Source: the human T2T-CHM13v2.0 reference genome, Homo sapiens. Taken from it: DNA of 64,000 bases. The DNA lies in the NCBI RefSeq assembly GCF_009914755.1, contig NC_060935.1, one strand, 5' to 3'. The notes under the pieces are model-generated. The model was not told where the DNA came from. It ran no database searches and was given only the letters and a program-made list of their open reading frames with translations. The translations under genes were made by a program, and so were the position numbers. This document shows positions 59,656 to 64,000 of this stretch, piece after piece (within the stretch, counting starts at the first letter, position 1; every line of letters begins with the position of its first letter).

Positions 59656-61699
59656 ATATACTCCATTTTCTAAAGGCCACCGCAAGCCACAGGGAAGCCG
59701 CATGGATGCACAATGCTCTCAAGGGGAAAAAGTGAATATTCTAGAACAACAGTACAATCCACGACCGTGAATCTGACCCTGTCCTTCTCACTCCATACAC
59801 ACCCACATGGATTTTCATAGCATTCTTATTTAGAAGATATTCTATGTCCTATTAATATTATCTTCATGTATTTGATGTATTTGTGGGGGATGATTTGCAG
59901 CACAGGTCATATATCTGGAAGTCTTCTGAACAACTAGGAGCCCCTTCATCCAGACAGTCTGCATGCTTTCTCCTGTAATCTTTCCTGCTGGCTCCCTTCA
60001 TAGATGCCTGGCCTGTCTGGGCTTCCCTTCTCTCAAACTGGGCTCACTTACTAAAGTGACCTTTCTCTTGACTAGGCAGCTACTTTGATGACCTCCTCAA
60101 ATGCAATGCAAAAGCTGGACTCTCCTCCGCCCCCAAGCACTCCCAGGCTCCTGGGCAGGGCCATCAACTCCACTCCAGCCATCCCTCCAGACTGGCGCCT
60201 GAAAAATAGAATTTCTGCTTCAGGTAATACAGCTGCTTCTCTCTGAATAATGCATGCCGTGCACCACACCGGACAAAGGACAAGCGGTTGAGAAATTGGG
60301 GAGCTTTCATTTGATTTCATTATTTTGCTTTTAGACCCAAGCATTTGCTGCCGTCAGGCATTTCAAAGAGGACAAGACAACAAGGTGTTCTGAGACAAGC
60401 AGAGAAGATCAGTCATCCTTGGGGACTGAGGGGATTCAGCAGAGAAGGCTGGGCTGGACAGCCCTTCCCAGGGACACAAGGACCTAAAGAGGCACCTCAG
60501 TGGGTGTGCCCCATGGGGGGTATAGGAAGGCTTGAAATTTTGAGTAAACGGACTCTCAGGGGGATGCTTCCATAGAGGCTGGGGGTGAACACCTCCATCT
60601 ACATCAGTTAGTGACAGAGGGGAGCAGAACACATGGAGAGCTGTGAGACGGCAATTAGGAATCACAGAATCCAAAGCAAAGGATCATCATTAGTAGAGTA
60701 AATGGCCCTTGATGAAGGAAACTTGACTCCAATAAACAGGTGGAGTTCAAGCCAATGAATTAGCCTAGCTACAATAAAATCAGACACCCACCAGCCTGCT
60801 CCTACCTGGTTCAGTCTTCCCATAGTACCTGCCTGTGGGGTCCCAATGTGAATCACGTTGACCCTAAAGATGTCAGCCTTAAGCACATCCACACCTCACT
60901 ACCACAGTACACACAGGCTCTGCTCTCACAAGGTTGGCTCTTTCTTTGTGCCTGAAGAGCACACATGAGTTCTCATCTTGTGTCCATGCCATTGCTCACA
61001 TCCATGCCCCGACTGGAATCCTCTCCCTACTCCTCTCTGTCTACCCAGATGCTTGCTATTCTTTAAGGAGCAGCATGGGTCCTACTACTATTTAAGCACT
61101 GAAGCTCACATTGATCTCTCCCTTCTCTCCATTTCTACAATTACCTCCATGAATGGCCAGTTTGTATTATTCTTGATAATTATAATAATACATTATTTCA
61201 AAGCATTTCCTCTCTGGTCCTCACGTTATGCTGCTCAGAGCTATAGGGTACTCCTGGGTGCCCCCAGGGCCAGGAGGTGGCTCACCCTCAGGACATAAGC
61301 CTCATGCTTATGTCCCTGCCCCCTCTAACTACAGCAGCTCAGCTCTTGATCTGTGTTTCATTTTAGAGTTTCACACACAATTTTTTTCTGTTTTAAAAGG
61401 GATTGCACTATTGATTTAGAAACTACATTTTTTATTTCATCCTCATGAGAAGTTTGTGAGGCTTGTAGGACTAGGTATTATCACCCACATTTTGCAGCTG
61501 AGGAGCCCGAAGCTCAGGGAGATAAACTGTCTCATCAAGAGCACACAGCTAAGGGAAGAAGGAGAATCTCGATTTCTGTCTTTTGAGTCTAAATCCAGTG
61601 TATTTACAACCCACACTTGGGCTTATCTCTAACCTAATTGTTAACTTCTCTCAGAAGCAGAAACTGAATTTTTATTACTTATTTATCTGGTTTTCTTGC

Positions 61700-62025
61700 T
61701 TGCTTGCTTGCTTTTCTTTTTTTTTCTTTCTTTTCTTTTTTTTTTTTTTTTTATGGAGTCACCCAGTCTGGAGTGGTACAAATGGTACGATCTCAGCTCA
61801 TTGCAACCTCTGTCTCTGCGGTTCAAGCAATCTTCCTGCCTCAGCCTCCCAAGTAGCGGGGACTATAGGAATGCACCACAATGCCCGGCTGATTTTTGTA
61901 TTTTTTGTAGAGATGGGGTTTCGCCAGGTTGCCTAGGCTTGTCTTGAACTCCTAGTCTCAAGTGATCCACCCGCCTCAGCCTCCCAAAGTGCTGGAATTA
62001 CAGGCATGAGCCACTGCACCTGGCC
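61700..62025 (-). mobile_element. Alu (AluJ-like)
   Basis: T-rich tail at 61700-61752, then a diverged antisense Alu ending GAGCCACTGCACCTGGCC. Confidence 0.93.
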
Positions 62026-62939
62026 CTTCTCTGTTTGCTTCTGATTCCGAACATGGTTGTGGGCACACAGTAGGTGCTTACTACTTACCTAGCCTTGATT
62101 GCAGGTGCACCCTTGGCTTTGCTGGAGATGCAAGGCCTGACCTCACCTCATGCCTTTTTTAGGCAGCACATACCTGTGAGCTGAGTGATTTACAAGGCTG
62201 TACTAGGTACCTGGGCATTTTATGTAATCAAAGGGATACTTTGCTGCTCTCTTTCTCTTGCTGTTGACATGGTTACAAAATCTTATTATTAGCCCAGAGG
62301 ATGGGGTAATAGGACATGACATTCACATTGTCAGTGTTTTAAAGAGCTGTAGTTACCTCCTGGAGAATAATCTGTGTATTGTAGCAAGCAACAGTGCTGC
62401 TGCTGCACCTGGTGCAGCTTCTGTTTTCCGGCTCCCTCTTCATCCTTCTGCAGTTCTGAGAATGAGGCGTTCCCACCAGGAGGCAAGATCGGGTATCGTT
62501 CTTGGCCACCCTGGCCACACTGTGGGAATACACCACCATCCCTGTCCTCATGACCTGGGGAGGAGGTATGCAGGGAACCACCTTTAGGTAAGAGAAGGAG
62601 CAGAAGCAGTGGGCTGACTCACAAAGAAAAAAAAAAAAGATAAATCAAGATAAAATTGTTTCTAAATTGAATGTTTTTCACTATTTTCAGTGTGGTATCT
62701 GCAGTGCTCCAAGATGATTCCCTCTCGAGGGCTTCAGAAAAGCTGTAAATAGAATGAATTGCTTTTAGGGACTTAACTCTGGTAGTTCACTTCTCAAGAA
62801 AATATATGCTAATGCATGTAGACTATCATTATTGGGGAGACCTATGTCCCGACTCTTTTATGTCTATGAAGAGCAGGTTTCTGATTGCTAGCATTTTGCC
62901 AAAGTCTTTGTCATGCGTGGGCTGAATATCTAGCAGAAA

Positions 62940-64000
62940 GAGGCGGATTCAGCCGCAGCTACATGCTGTGTCTCTCCTAGGCCAAGTTTGGAGGGGGGTC
63001 TTGGTTTGCCTAAGAGAAGTTTCTTATGAAACCAGAAAGAAGGAAAGCACAGATTTTTCTAACAGCCCCAATAAAAGCCAACGCGGTCCAGATTCATCTG
63101 CAATTCTGGGACCTCAGAGAGGTATAGAGACAGGGAGACCCCCGCTCCAAGGGATGGGGGAACTTCCTTGGTCCAGCAGGATGCGGTGCTACACCCAGCC
63201 AGAGGGTGGCAGCACCTCCCACACGCCCCATGGCTGGCTTTGTTTTCTGACCATTCCAGGGCACTGCTGTGGGACCGCCTTCCCCATGCCCAGCGAGCCT
63301 CTTCTGCATCTCTTTCTGCTGTGGCAAAGTGGGTTAAACAGCGCGCGGATTTGCGAGGAACATAGCCAACAAATGAGATATCAAACGCAGCTTCCCATGT
63401 AAGAGATCAGACTCCGGCGGGCACGCACGCCGGCGCTCTGCTGGAGCTCCTTGGCTCTGCAGCCAGCTTCATTTAGGATTCATAAATACTTTTGCGCACT
63501 CCCGCACATACAGCCGCCAAAGGAATTTCATTCTGTATCATCTGCATTCAAATGCAACAAAGTGAAAAAAAAAATGTGGACATTAAAAAGAAGGAGAAGA
63601 AGAAGGAAGAGGCTCTGAAGAAAATCTGAGGCTCGGAGTGGTGGGTGTTGGGTAGCTGATGACTTGAGGAAGGCTTCCTCTACCTCTGTGTTCCTACAGA
63701 GAAGCCTGTCCCTGACTTCAGTTCACCTGTCGCATGGTGGGTGAATGCAGCCTAGACCTGCCGGCGTGGGGTATGCTTTTCAATGACACTTTTAAAATAA
63801 TGAATTGGATGCTTGTCAAGGTAGGCATCAACCTTAGATAGGTATCGGTCCTAAAGTTCCTCCTTCCAGCTGCTGGGGAGCTGGGACCTTTTGATCTCCA
63901 ACTTAGGCCTCAGTTAGCAAACTCAAATGCTTTTGGGAACCAACCCGGGGAACCCAAAAGTATGAAGCCAGTCAGGTAACCGGAGCGTTCCCGCTCAGGC
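62940..64000. promoter_or_regulatory. Candidate regulatory element or CpG-island shore
   Basis: Repeat-free, with local CpG retention (GCGCGCGG at 63341, CCGGCGGGCACGCACGCCGGCG at 63414). CpG is also present at the window end. Confidence 0.45.

Overview
Primate (very probably human) non-coding genomic DNA, intronic or intergenic, rich in MIR and L2 relics. I recognise no exon of a known protein-coding gene and cannot name the locus. Well-supported content: (1) a full-length, inactivated L1PA element (~40047-46308, +) inserted into a MER30, with a target-site duplication (TSD) and an apparent short 3' transduction; (2) two processed ribosomal-protein pseudogenes (full-length RPL15, 5'-truncated RPL5) nested ~190 bp apart inside an old antisense L1; (3) three Alus, MaLR/ERVL LTRs, DNA-transposon relics (Tigger2a, MER1B, MER30, MER63-like) and several microsatellites; (4) several repeat-free, CpG-retaining, motif-rich segments that look like enhancers or promoters. 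The most unusual observations are a 311-codon ATG-initiated ORF in unique sequence (53272-54207, -) and a 47-bp inverted duplication bracketing a TA-rich microsatellite (16403-16714). Neither shows that a new biological system is present; both are testable candidates. Repeat subfamily names come from my recall of consensus sequences, not from a RepeatMasker/Dfam run, and relic boundaries are approximate.
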